Positions 51,601-64,000 of a stretch of DNA of 64,000 nucleotides are shown in pieces (positions within the stretch are counted from its first letter, which is position 1; each line of letters starts with the position of its first letter). The notes beneath the pieces are model-generated. The model ran no database searches. It was not told the origin of the DNA and saw nothing but the letters and a program-made list of their open reading frames with translations. The DNA lies in assembly GCA_040954595.2 (NCBI GenBank), contig CM082587.2, positions 9,925,403 through 9,989,402 of the forward strand, in the 5' to 3' direction. The DNA is from Balanoglossus misakiensis (Eukaryota > Animalia > Hemichordata). The position numbers and the translations under genes are program-made.

Positions 51601-54600
51601 CTTCCACATGGCACAGGAGCAATCTCATCAACCTCCATGGAATCCTCGCTGTCGGAAAACAAGTCTACAGACTTATCCATGGAGGTTACTATGGCATTGT
51701 ATCTGTCCACAAACAAAGTGGCATTATCGATAAATGCCAATTCATTGAAAGGGTTCTCCCCATCCCCTTCATGGTACTCCATGATGTTATATTCAAGCAC
51801 TTTGGATGAGGAGAATGTTATCTGTGAATAGTAGACAAATATAGCATTATATTAATTGTCAAGAATATGTGCATTTCATCCAGGCCAGGTAAGTGCTCTT
51901 CTATCAGATGTCTTTTTATTACACCTCACGTATTATACCATATTCGTGATTGGCTGAGACGCGCTCACGTGATATAGAAAAAAAAGTGATATAACATGGC
52001 TAGAGTTGATAAAGCCCTGTCGCGTGCGCTGATATTGCCCGCTGGGTTGTTTTGGTGTTCTGCGCGCGACTTCTGCGCGTTCCAAACTGTCGTTCGATGG
52101 CTTCCTCCACGATCAGTCAACTCCCGCATCTATGGCTTCAAAGCGACACATAGGCTTAACACCTGTTCAACTGGACGATATTTTACCGCAAACGGACAGT
52201 AAATACAACAAAATCGCAACCAACAGTGCAGTATTTTCAAAATAATCTAAGTTCGAAGTAGGTATCGTATAATTCTTGGGAGATCGAGACATTTTACATT
52301 CTCAGCAACATACGACATATGGACGCGCGTCTACGTTCTTCTATGCCTGCCTTGTATGTACGTTCAAATGTTCGGCGTAATAAAATTAATAACACGTGAT
52401 GCTCGGGCAACATCACGATTTGAAGCCTGCCCTCGGGCTGGTGATCTCTGACCACAATATTGATGATACCCTCGCCTGCGGCTCGGGCATCATCAATATT
52501 ATAGTCAGAGATCACCATCCCACGTGCAGGCTTCAAATCGTGATATTGCCCTCGCTATCATGTGTTATTATTTAAATATAATATAGTTAAGAAAAACAAA
52601 AACTAGTGACATCAAAACATTTGCTAAGGATAATTTGTAAAATCAATAAAAGTGCAACATTTAGTTGATTTTGTTCGACAGACACATTGAAGGACCAGAC
52701 AATGCAGGTTTTTCGTACACAGACATTTTCAAAATTGCTTAGTTGATTAGTTTATCTGTCCAGGTAGAAACAGTTTTTGATATGACATATATGCACTTCG
52801 TCATTTTGTGAAATTTTGTAGGGATTCATGGCGATATCTAATACATGAAGTTAGAAAAGCATGCATATCTATATTCTTGTCAATGACTTGTATAAATTAT
52901 AATCTACCAAAACCGTCCAAATCGATTGAAAATTGAGAGATCAGAGAGGTTTTACAATTTTCAAAATAGGCCGGGAGGTTTGGTTCCACGTAATACAGAA
53001 GTTTAGTTACACATAATTACGTGTACGTCTGGTCAGCAAGTGGCGTACGCGTACGCGTAGTGATGCGTGAATTTTGCAATTAAATGTGTTAATGTTTGGA
53101 AAACAGCAAATACTGCCAGTTTGGAACATACGGCTGAAATTATTCAGATAACACAGGGCTTGGCCCTTGCGTTTGATATTTTATTTTTTACGTGCAGTGC
53201 AACACAAAAAAAATCATTTACAACGTAGCGAATAAAGTACATAAACATCATGAAAGAGATCGTGTTGCAAGTGGTCCCCCCCCCCAATACACATTAGTAC
53301 AGACAAGGTAGCGAATTCGTGTGTTATATCATCAAGGAAAATGACCCGGAAGCCCTACTAATGGCTTCTGCGTGCATAAATTATAGGGCCGACACGTGCC
53401 AAGTTTGTGGCCTAGGTTACCGCACGTACATCACTGTGCGTCCTGCTACAGCATACAAGCGTGCGTACGCGTACATGTGTACAGGGCGCCCGACCGACCA
53501 ACCTTGACAAGGCGCCCCAGATACTACATGTATGCTGGCTACGGCACAATTGCACTTTCAGAGATCGATCGCCCAAATTAAAGAAAATATAGAGAAAAGC
53601 CGAAAAATACACAATAATCATGGTTACGCGTAGAAGTGTCGCTTGCCGTTCCAAACGTCTGCTCTCGATCTCACGTACGCGAAGTTATCACGTGACAAAG
53701 ACACTGCGCGTACTGATCGAACGTCATAGAAGAGATACGTACGCATGAATTTCGCGGTTTAGTTGTGCGTTTTGAATAAAAATGTTTAAAAACAACGAGC
53801 AATTAAAATAATTTTCACTTAAATTAATTTCTTTGTGTGTCTGTGATGAACATTCTCTAAGATTACCATCAGTGTCATAAGTTGCTCGACTACCGTGAAT
53901 ACTGCTAGTTCTGGCACATACGGCAGATATTATTCAATTAACATGGAGCCTGACTATGTCACAATGGCCATTTCATAGATCGATCGCCAAAAGTACGAGA
54001 AAATATCGTGAAAATCTGAACAAAATGTTATACGTAATCATGAACGTTTTAACGTGTAACTAAACCTCAATACTTATAAGTAACCACAAGACCAGTGATT
54101 TCTTTGACTGATAGTTTAATGGCGACGCGCAAATCTATTTAACGGGTCAGTGCTAAGTCCATGCGATGGACGTTTAATTTTGGGTGCGACGCGTGCATGT
54201 GCATTCTGTCATACATGTATGCCGATTGCTAACTTTCTATATATATTCTTTGTTCCAATCCTCTCAGAATTCTCAATTTTAAATTGATGTAGCTGATTTT
54301 CGTTACTTGAAATTTTTAAAGCTGTGAAAATAATTTTCTATCGAACCTCGCATTTTTTTGATAAAAATAAACACTAAAAATGAAAACCTGTGAGTGAAAT
54401 AAAATCAACCATAAACTCACACTTGATTTCACAACTTGATTGCACCAGGCCTTATTACACAAGTTACAGTATGGATGCCAACACCTTTGATTTTTTGGCG
54501 CCATAATCCCATTTTATGACATTGAATTATTTTTTAGATTTCTTGACAGGAAATTTCAAAATTTGAGAAATACTGCTGTACTAACGTTTGCAAAATATGA

Positions 54601-54814
54601 AATAAAAAACATTACTGTTAAAATCTAGTGACAAACATATGAAATAAAATCAACCTTATTATTCGCTCACCTTCACAACTGCTTCATCTTCAGTGGAAGC
54701 TGACAATGCGATCACGCTTCCAAAAGGACATTTTTTGATTTGATCTTTGGTGCACACAATGTTGACGGAAACTCTTCCTGCATCTTCGCCGAAAGACCAA
54801 AATGTCAAACTCAT
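45682..54814 (-). CDS. Spliced cargo gene of unknown function inside the Academ-like element (probably damaged). Exons about 54671-54814, 51601-51821, 47221-47422, 46594-46872, 45767-45862, 45682-45705
   Basis: GT-AG exons with matching phases: MSLTFWSFGEDAGR..AVVK / ITFSSSKVLEY..PCG / STPVTMDGEEEEDLGRFWEIV..KSKK / EKACGIPNENYY..KTQ / TQPSSNLRAQVQEKEDEINVLKE / YSETDHY*. An extra exon-like piece at 46985-47184 does not fit. Confidence 0.55.
47480..48963 (-). mobile_element. Helentron-associated non-autonomous element, second family
   Basis: aaagctgcaagcagc..gggcccaagcgc at one end; (aaga)n plus the hairpin gggcccaagcgc-ttgcgt-gcgcttgggccc at the other. Contains internal ~240-bp repeats. Confidence 0.75.
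49338..51372 (-). mobile_element. Helentron-associated non-autonomous element, copy B (uninterrupted)
   Basis: High identity to 38638-42473 with the same terminal structures. Confidence 0.8.
51920..52572. mobile_element. Non-autonomous element ending in a long hairpin (Crypton-like)
   Basis: Imperfect palindrome at 52387-52570 (arms about 85 bp) centred on ctcgcctgcggctcg. A related hairpin centre (cgagccgtcaggcgag) lies near 18910. Confidence 0.5.
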
Positions 54815-57549
54815 GGTTGGCGGTTGGCAAAATAAGTTTGCAGCACAGAGGAACAAAACTTGTTCACTTTCCAAAGTTTCGAATTGATCTGATAATTATA
54901 AGTTTTGCTCACTACACTGCTGCGATGCGACATGAGAGTCGATAACATTGCAGGGGTGGGTCAATTTTGAGCAGGAGGGGCTCGAAAGTTCGAACAAAAT
55001 TCATTTAAATAGTTGGTCTTTTTTATCCATATGATAGACTTTGGCAACTTTAATTACAATTTTGCTATGGTTGTATTCATAAAGTTGCCATGATTCGTCC
55101 TGTTTCCGATTTCATTTAACAATACCTCTGAAATTACTATTCCCTTATTTAAATGGTTCCATCCCCTGTGCAAATTTTACATAGAATAGGCATATCATAT
55201 GTCATCAGATCTTCCAATGTGACGAAACAGTGTGTTTTTAGTGTTTTCTAAAAATGACCTTTTTGGGTTAAAAAGTGCCAAAATAGCAATTTTGTCTTGG
55301 GTTGGGTCAATAAGACTGACTTTTTTGGAATCAGCACCATTTTTTACATAGAATGGACTTCACAAACCTTCCTTACCATTTTTTTTTTATTTAAAGGCAC
55401 CTATCTCCTAGGGTAATAACTTGTCATCATAGTCACTAATTGGTAAGGGTACTTGGAAGTATGACGTAATGATGACGTAATTGATTATTATATCAATTTT
55501 TTGCAATAATTAGATACTTTACTCAATCAGCTTTCTGTTGATATCAAACACATCACAGTTTTCATCAGTACAATTGCTCAGAGACGTGTTTTGCAAAACC
55601 TCACATTTATAGGTGAACAGAACACCATTTTCGTAAGGGTATTTTGACTTATGACGTCACTATGATGTCATGATTTGTCATATCACTTTTATTTTGTAAT
55701 TAATGGAAAGCTTGTTTATTAAGCTTTCTTTTGATACCAAATACTTCCCTGTTGTTCTAGGTATACATTCAGAGAGACAGTATTTTACAAGACTAATTTA
55801 CCCCCTACGTCAATTTATATGCACTTTTAGGCTTTTCTACATACGTTACCCAATATAATTTAGAAGCCAATAACTCGAAAACGCCCCGGTGCCCAGATGG
55901 CAAACAAAGTGAATTTTACTCAGTATATGATAGGCTTTCAGAAAAACATTGTCTCAAAAATTGGGGGGGAGGGGGGGGGGGGGCTCATGGTCTAATAAGT
56001 ATTGGTAGTAAGTCAACATCATTTAAAGCTGTCATTTGGAAGGAATACATTGCAGCAAATTAAAAAGGGTGATGATCACCTTATGCACATGTGCCAAACC
56101 AAGAGACTAGTTACAAAAAAAAACACACACATGTGGAAATGGCATAAGGTGATAAACAATTTTACATTTTTAAAGATGATGTTTGTAAAATTCTTACCCA
56201 TTCATGTTAATTTTAGAGAACAGATGATTGACTACATCCCTCATGACTGGTTTGTTGCCATGACAATAATTCATCAGAAGGGGAATTCTGACTTCTACGG
56301 TGAGGGATGTCTTGTCGTTTGAAGTGTTGTCCAGCTCAGCAAGGATGAAGTCAGTCAATGTACATACTTCTTTTGCAGAGAGATTGAAGATAACTTCTTC
56401 GGTACGTTTCTGTAAATGTAGCACATTTGTGATGTGAGTACACAAGCAGGTGTCACAAGTTATTTGCACTCTCTGGATTCTGTAAACTTCAGAGAGATTT
56501 TGTCAGCTCGAATATGATTATGGCTTTTTTTATTCACAGAGTAAACAAATTATTCTGTTGAGTATCATCGCTTTAGTTTGGACCGACATGCGACAGCCAC
56601 ATTTTAGTGTAAGGTAATTTTTTCACGCAACTTGGATCATAAAAACAACAAACCAGACAAGCTCAAGCAGTACTCTGTGACATACTTGCCTCGTTCTTGT
56701 CGTCTGCTTGGAAATGACATGTTTTGGAAGGGCGAAAAACTACAATTAGCTAATAAAATTATGCAGCTAGTATTTTCTTACCTTTGGTGTTTTGGTATCT
56801 CTGCCCTGCCAGAGTTTTGGAATGTGTATGCATGCCCACAGGAAGTCTAGAGCTGCAGTTGAGTCAATGCTGAAATGAGGAAATATTTTTAATTAGTTTT
56901 GTGAAAACATAGTACGTGACTAAAATGTGAAAGAAATTCTAGGTTTGACTTTATATTGAAATTCTACATTACATTAAGCACTAAGTCTGATATGTTGGCA
57001 ATTCATTCTACACATGAAGCATTAGTGATTTTCAGATATTCACCAGATGTTTTGTGTACAAAGATCAACCTGAAGAAGTATGATAGAATTTCTCACCTGG
57101 TTGAGTCTGTCCTTGGTTTGAGTAACCAATCGATACATTTATGCAAAGTCTGCCAATTACTCTGGTGGCTCAACAGTGCCAGCAAATAAGCACTGCATGA
57201 ACTTTGAACTTTGCCCTCTGTTCTGGGTTTGTGCGTCTTGACAAAGAGTAACTGGTGTTGCAGTTGAGGGCAACTTTGCACAATCTCGGGGTCCAGGAGC
57301 TCCAGCCAATCAATAAGCAGCCCTGCCGTTGACCAGCGTCATTCGCATCTGTAACAATGTATAACAGCAGAGAAATATACAATAAGTTGAGTAAAGGGTA
57401 TAAAACAATCATACTGATGGAATTCTAACTACAATGTACCTGAAATAGGTTTTTGCTACATAGCTGAGTGATGAATAAAGGTCTGATATGTCATCTCTGA
57501 TATAACATACCAGTGTATGGTAAATATCTTTCAGAGATCTACACATTAA

Positions 57550-57735
57550 AGGGACAAAGTCTCTACTGTTTAGTCATTGTGGTGAGATTTTTACTCTCAT
57601 ATCCTACAAACAGGATGGAAGTTGTGTGTGGTTGAACGTTTATTCGCTATACATACACACATGTACCCGGTACACGGTGTCTTGTATCAAACATAAATAA
57701 TGGAAAAAGGGCAGCGAGAGAGAGACTTTGTCCCT
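57550..57735. mobile_element. TTAA MITE, AGGGACAAAGTC family
   Basis: ttaa|agggacaaagtctct ... agagactttgtccct; homologous to 25004-25287. Confidence 0.8.
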
Positions 57736-58207
57736 TTTAAGATCAAAGCAGGCATACGGTTATAAATATGCATTTTTTGATTATGATAAGATGTCCTGCA
57801 AGTACAAAACTACCCATTTTGATCTTTATTAAAACAAAATATGGACAAGGTGATCCCAGGAACATAAAACCCCAAACTCAAAGCTACCAGACAGATGCGT
57901 CTTGAGATAAACTTGTACTTACTTGTCAATCAATCTGGACTGCTCTTGTAACAGCAACTCACTCAATGCTTCACTGGTGCTGGATGATTTTGTTGGCACT
58001 TGCATAGCAACAGATAAGGCTTTATTCAGAAACTCTTCTAGTTGGCTGGAATTGGTGCCTGTCAGCTGGTGATACACTGCCAATTGTGCAAAATGGTGGA
58101 AAGTCAAACGCAATTCACCAATCATCAAATGTATCATTAACAAGATGATGTCATCATAAGATTTTTGGATGAATTACAATACCAAAATTGTGGACCTATA
58201 TAATTGA

Positions 58208-58389
58208 AGGTACACGGTCACTTCCAATAAACACATGTCCATAAATGGCAAAATGGCGTATCTGAGTGTTCTAAAGAACAAATGGTGGCGCTCTTTTTTA
58301 GCGTGTGCCACCCCTGAAAATCTGTGATTGGTTAGATCTCAATTTGCCATGGTAGCTGCAGCTAAATTTGCACAGGTGACCATATACCT
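58208..58389. mobile_element. TTAA MITE, copy 3 of the 12365 family
   Basis: aggtacacggtcac ... gtgaccatatacct|ttaa, with internal homology to the other copies. Confidence 0.8.
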
Positions 58390-61300
58390 TTAATGGGTCC
58401 GTTCCTTCTTATTCCACTTCTCATGTTTCTGTTTGTTTGGTGAGACTATCCAATAGCTCAGCCCTTTCACCCCCATTTCCCTCCAACCATACCATAGAAA
58501 ACAATAGGTTTGGACTGAACCATGGCAGTGAAAGGGTTCAGGCGTGTTAAAAATGCAGACTTTACCTTTTTGTAACATGTCTCTATCTACTGCCATCCGT
58601 CCCTCTGAGACGGCTTCAATGATTTCACTCACTTCATCCAAGTTGCCTCCACTGGCTTTGAGGGGACTTTTCTCGCTGCTCAGGGACTTTGCTGGAAGGA
58701 AGATGTAAGACTGGAATTTAGATATACATCCCTACATAAAGGGAGGACATTTGGACATGATACCAGAAATGGTTAATGGCGTTCAAAGGGGGGTTTCAAA
58801 TTCAAGGAAATTCCAGGAAGTTCCAGTAGTGTACGAATCCAGTTAAGAATTCTTTACTATCAATCATGTGATCTGGCCATGTGACCCATGGCATTGTCAT
58901 TTCCAGGTGACGGGCAAGCAATATTTCGGCATCTAGTAAAAGTTTTTCTGAGTATTTTTATTCTTTAAAACCGCCAGACACGTAACATGTATCAAGCATG
59001 GTGCCTCATCAGCCTCATGGCCAATTGTCGGTACAATTGTTGCCTGCACCACGTTGCTGAAGTTGCCCGTCATGTGGAAAATCGAATGCCAATGTATCTG
59101 TGTTTGACTGCGTCTGACTTCATTTGATATCAAGGAATAAATTCATTCTGCAAAGTAAATTTCTATCTATCCTGTGTGATTTAGTGAAAATGCTCAAGTA
59201 ACAGTTTGTGTATGGTTTTTGAATGCTTGAAGTAAATGAAATAAATAGCTCACCTTGTCTGTTGACTTTTTCAAACTGGTTGAGAAGTTTTGTAAACACA
59301 CTGTTTTCAGACTTTCAGACCCTCAAAATTGCAGACACCAGCTGGACAAATCTCATCATATCTTTCTTCTTTTCAAGATTTTTCTAAATGATATAAAGAA
59401 AAAAATTCAAATTGTGATATAAAGAAGCAAATTAAAATTGCAAAGTAACTTAACACACACTAATTTGACTCAGAAATATAGACAATAATACATGTACCAC
59501 CAAAGTCTTAGTCTCATAAATATCTATTCTGTACAAAGTCACAAATCTATGAGGATATTTTAGTAAACATGTCAACTTATTATATATATTCCCCTGTAAA
59601 TGTCTCATAATTTGAGGAATAATTTTTGGAAGCTGAAAATTTACAAAACTTGCACAGGAAACTCAAATTGAACTTCAACTTTTCCAATACTATATATGGA
59701 GTTACATTTAATGCTTACTGACTTGAGAAACTCAAACTGAATTCAAATTCTTGAATGTACAAAACTATATTTGAAGGTAAGTAATGTAACTATAAAAGTG
59801 ACATGCAATGCAAACAATTACCTGTCTTTGGTGAAGCAAACTGAACAATGGACATGACTAATGATGTTTTCTGTGTAGACTGTAAATAAACTGACTCTCG
59901 TCACTTGATGTTAGGATTTCTTGCATTGCCAGAATGTAAATATGGCATTACATGTATTATCATGATAGAGAGCCAATGTGACACATTGGGACATTTTGGG
60001 CAGTATGTCTGCTTGTGGGCCAAATGACTTCAGTACGAGGTTTGTGGTATGATTTAATTATACCATACACTTCCAGGCAATTTGTGTTTACTATCTTTGA
60101 TAGTCTTGCCATCATGGAGCTTCTTTGGGGGCTGGTAAAAAGCGCAACCAAGAGAGATGAAACCCACAACACCAAAGAGTAAATTTCTAAAGTTGTAATT
60201 TAAACCAAGTATGGAAATTGGGATGTACGGTAGCTTTGATGAAGACTAATTCATACCTCATGCTGTTAACTGGTATACCAAAGGACTGCACAAACAAGAC
60301 CAACTGAGCTGGTTCCAAGTCTTCCAGGGCTAAAAGTCAGACGGATTTAGGATGAAAAGAAAGTTTGGTGAGAAAAAGGTTCCAAGTTGAGTTGAAACAC
60401 AGATTGGCAGATATTTCCATAAAAAATCAATTGTAAATGGTGCAACTGCAGAGCAACCGATCAGGCCATGACAAACACTGCACCTCTTCACAAAAAACTT
60501 CTGGGTTGCTGGAGTCATTATGAGAACGTGGTGATGTCTTCTAGTCTAACCAAGTTAATTTCATAAAACTACATGTACTTTACAGTTGCACTGCGTCAGT
60601 GGTGTGTTATATTTGAGAGGGCAATGTTTCCGTTAGGTTTTTTCTAGTTGCATACACTGTACAAATAAGCTGTGGAAAATTGCGTACAAACTAAAATGTT
60701 GCGTATGGAGACCAACCAAAACAGAACGTCCCACTACATGTAATACACAAAGTCTGGTATCAGTGACCGGACATACATCTAGAGTAGGCCCATTAGCAGC
60801 TGGGTCTGTTTCAGCAACATTATTGTTAGCGTGCACTAGATGTGGTTTTTGTTGGCTTCAACACAGAATCAAGTGTCTTTTGACGATTTACAAAACTGTA
60901 AATCTAAAATCGTACAGAAATTGACACATTATTGCTATGGCAACCTACCAGCATCCACAAGTCTGGGAACATTGGAGCGGATCATTCTCAGCTTCAACCA
61001 ATCAGGCAAGAGGAGAGCTTCTTCTGACGTGTCCACCAGAAATGCTGAAGGAACTATCTCCTGCAAAATGATGAGAAAATCAAATTAAAGGGGCATTAGC
61101 TATAACTTTGGCTTTAATTTCAGTATATTTGTTCTGTTTACCAAATCCAATTTCTTGTTCAACTCAAAACATAGCCTTTATGTGTGTAACAGCCATTGTT
61201 ATCGTTGACAAATGAGTTCTGGTCCGGACATGAATTCAAATTTTGCACAATAATAATGCTGACTATACACATGTAGGTTGTGTTGATAATCTAAATGCTG

Positions 61301-61494
61301 AGCATTTCATCGTGCTTTGGGCATTTGAACATGAAACTGCAGTACATACACAAAACAAAAGTACTGAAAACAGCGAAAAATTACAGCCGATGTAAGTATC
61401 AGTTATAAGCTGAAGAATTTATTTGACAGCTTAAAAAATAGCGTCAAGGACACTGTGGTCCCATTTGAGGACATAGCACATAGCAACATAGCAA

Positions 61495-62467
61495 TAAGCA
61501 TATCTGCTCTGGATGCCAAGATATGGACAAGTAGGTCAAAGGTCACCTGAGGTCATGCAAAATTTGGGCAAGAAATTTTGACCCTATACTGGTCCATGTT
61601 CAACAAAAACCAAACCTATAGCCCTATTGGTTAGCCTGGAATTAGGTATGCACATAATTAATGAGATATGCAGGTGTCACAGGTGACCCCCAATTTTGGC
61701 TTTTCAATTTTAGTCCCAACCCTCCAAACGCGAAGTCTGTGCCTGCTCTGGATGCCAAGATATGATAAAGTAGATCAAAGGTCACCTGAGGTCATGCAAA
61801 ATTTGGGCAAGAAATTTTGACCTTATACTGGTCTATGTTCAATAAAAAACAAACCTATAGCCTTATTGGTTAGCCTGGAATTAGGTATGCACATAATTAA
61901 TGAGATATGCAGGTGTTACAGGTGAGCCCAAAAATTTCCCTTTTATTTTGGCCCCATTGTGCTCACTGACCAATAGACAGTCACTGTACAGGACTATTGC
62001 ACAGACCAGAATTCCACAATAAGACGTGGACATAGCTTAACCATAGAGGTATAAGTAAAGGTATAAATTTAATAAAAAGACTAAAAAATTCATAAAAAAT
62101 AAAACATTCATGATATTAACTTAACACTTACAGGCCGATGTGAGGTTGACATAAGGTACATGCATACCAATTTTTAAAGCAATCTGACCAGTAGTTGTTG
62201 ACTTTCAGAGTTTTGATAAATTTCACATTTTACTGGCTAATTTGCATATTTTTGGGCCTGGCAACTTCGTTTGGACAAACTCCCATCTACAGCCCAGCCT
62301 GCATCTGCACACCAAATATCAAGGTGATACGCGCAGCGGTTTTCAAGTTTTTGATGTGGACGGACATACAGACATACATACATACATACATCCATACATA
62401 CATCCATACAGACGCAACCCATCCCATAAGGTCCCATGGTATATAGGCCTATACCAATGGGACCTAA
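61495..62467 (-). mobile_element. Helentron-type element fragment
   Basis: Two ~240-bp units related to 47620-48100, an (acat)n microsatellite, and a terminal hairpin aggtcccat..ggtata..tatacc..atgggacct. Left end unresolved. Confidence 0.6.
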
Positions 62468-62475
62468 AAATCATT

Positions 62476-63475
62476 TGCATACATACATGGAGGTTTTCCA
62501 AAGGTTAGCAGAATGACCATGGCATGTACCACTAAGATATGCATGGTGGCCACTTCACCACTCTGCCATTGGATGAACACTTGGTCTTGAGTGTCAGACT
62601 GTGGGAGAAGATGGCCATTTCACTATCAGTTACACCAAAAATACAACTAATATATATGTCTGCGACTGGTCATTAGGTATGTTGAACTTTAACATTTCAC
62701 CCGCATATTTTGGTCCAGTCCAATTATTTTCAATAGTATGGTTGGATCTATACAATGTATACATTGAATGGGGATGAACACTGGACAGTGGAGCATTCTA
62801 TATTAAAATTTGGGAAAACATTGAAGCCATATTAAGGTCATACTTGATTAAGCTGAAAGTCGGCACAGAATAAATTTGAAATTCAATTGGCTACAAAAAT
62901 TGACTTTTCTGCCATTCTGAGATCTCCATGCTGAGCTCAATTATGTTGCTGCTTCATATAGTGGTCAGCAATAAAAACTTACTACTGTTACAGTTGCATA
63001 CATACGTGGAGGTTTTCCAAAGGTTAGCAGAATGACCATAGCGTGTACCACTAAGATATGCATGGTGGCCACTTCACCACTCTGCCACTGGATGAAAACT
63101 TGGTCTTGAGTGTCAGACTGTGGGAGAAAATGGCCATTTCAATATCAGTCACACCAAAAATACAACAAATATTGAACTTTTCACCCTCATATTTTGGTCC
63201 AGTCCCAATATTTTTAATAGTGTGGTTGGGTCCAAACACAGTGAATTGGGATGTTAACACTGAAGTATTTGTGAAAAGTAGTATTGAAGCCATATAAAGA
63301 TCAAACATGATTACCTACATGTAAGCTGAAAGATTGGGCAGAATAAATTGGAAATTCAATTGGCTACAAAAATCGACTTTTCTGCCATTCTGAGAAATCC
63401 ATGCAGAGCTTGATCATCTTCTTGCTGCTTTATGTAAAGCATAGTGTCAGACACTAAAAACTTATTACTGTTACG
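62476..63475. repeat. Diverged direct tandem duplication, about 520 bp x2
   Basis: ggaggttttccaaaggttagcagaatgacc at about 62489 and 63008, with colinear downstream sequence. Confidence 0.9.
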
Positions 63476-63496
63476 GTGTTACAGTAGTTATTAACT

Positions 63497-63786
63497 CACA
63501 GGGGCCTCTCCCTCCGCGATTTTGTTTGTTTGTTTGTTTGTTGTTGTTGTTGTTGATGATGATTTTTGGCATAATAAACAAATACATATTTCTTTATTAA
63601 TTAATATGGTTTGTTGACATGTCGAATATACCCTAACCTGTCGAATATACCCTAACCCTTACATGTCAACAAACCATATTTATTAGAAAAGAAATGTGTA
63701 TTTGTTTATTATGCCAAAAATCATCAACAACAACAACAACAACAAACAAACAAACAAACAAACTCGCGGAGGCAGAGGCCCCTGTG
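63497..63786. mobile_element. Palindromic MITE with a 7-bp TSD (P-element-like ends)
   Basis: attaact|cacaggggcctct ... agaggcccctgtg|attaact. The arms, including the (ttg)n/(caa)n tracts, pair over nearly the whole length. Confidence 0.88.
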
Positions 63787-64000
63787 ATTAACTCTTATCG
63801 AATGCGATTTTTTTCTGTTTTATCATGAAATCTGACTGTGGGTGGCAAGACACATTACAATAAATGTGCATTTTGTCTTAACTTGATTTTTGTACATGTA
63901 GTGACACAATGAAAGAACGACAGAGAGACTACTAACACTGACAGATTACATGTATTATTTTTTTTACCTTTTCATGTCACTTTATATAAAACACTGCATG

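Larger units (their letters stand above)
44202..55994. mobile_element. 11.8-kb TAG...CTA (Academ-like) element with long inverted arms
   Basis: Termini tagaccatgagcc / ggctcatggtcta. About 600-bp inverted arms at 44226-44830 and 55170-55765. No TSD and no transposase recognised. Confidence 0.7.
26565..61060 (-). pseudogene. INTS1: Integrator complex subunit 1 pseudogene (3' half). Exons 60949-61060, 60257-60329, 59254-59383, 58566-58691, 57923-58058, 57097-57348, 56782-56869, 56198-56409, 42571-42760, 32760-32884, 32375-32392+28051-28278 (split by LINE), 27472-27542, 27129-27222, 26565-26689
   Basis: Diagnostic peptides AFLVDTSEEALLLPDWLKLRMIRS, LEPAQLVLFVQSFGIPV, GLLIDWLELLDPE, LDFLWACIHIPKLWQGRD, HILGLLELLQP and the C-terminus LLQKAFIVG..IAETLQLLNME. 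Splice phases are consistent between neighbouring exons except where exons are missing. In-frame stops at 59315, 57339, 42757 and 42697. Confidence 0.92.

Noticed and set aside
57339-59317. In-frame TGA codons as selenocysteine or readthrough
   Set aside because: The same gene has a TAA stop, a frameshift and an exonic LINE, so it is a pseudogene.

Overview
AT-rich, intron-containing animal genomic DNA, not prokaryotic. The repeat landscape suggests a marine invertebrate, but the species cannot be determined from sequence alone. Reading splice sites by hand gives four gene-like units: (i) a large minus-strand INTS1 (Integrator subunit 1) pseudogene, from 26565 to at least 61060, with nonsense codons, a 7-bp duplication, missing exons and a CR1-type LINE inside a coding exon; (ii) a damaged NCF4/p40phox-like gene (PX-SH3-PB1, 19298-23174, +); (iii) an apparently intact 3-exon gene for a 164-aa secreted, 6-Cys protein (24039-25690, +) that may be a short-chain helical cytokine; (iv) a tandem array whose unit is an exon plus an intron (3180-6105, -). 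Most of the rest is nested transposons. These include a DIRS/PAT-type tyrosine-recombinase retroelement with an adenine-methyltransferase domain, an 11.8-kb TAG...CTA (Academ-like) element carrying a spliced cargo gene, Helentron-type non-autonomous elements, Harbinger/Kolobok/hAT/P-like MITEs and a 2.4-kb foldback. Family names come from terminal signatures and remembered protein motifs, not from database searches.
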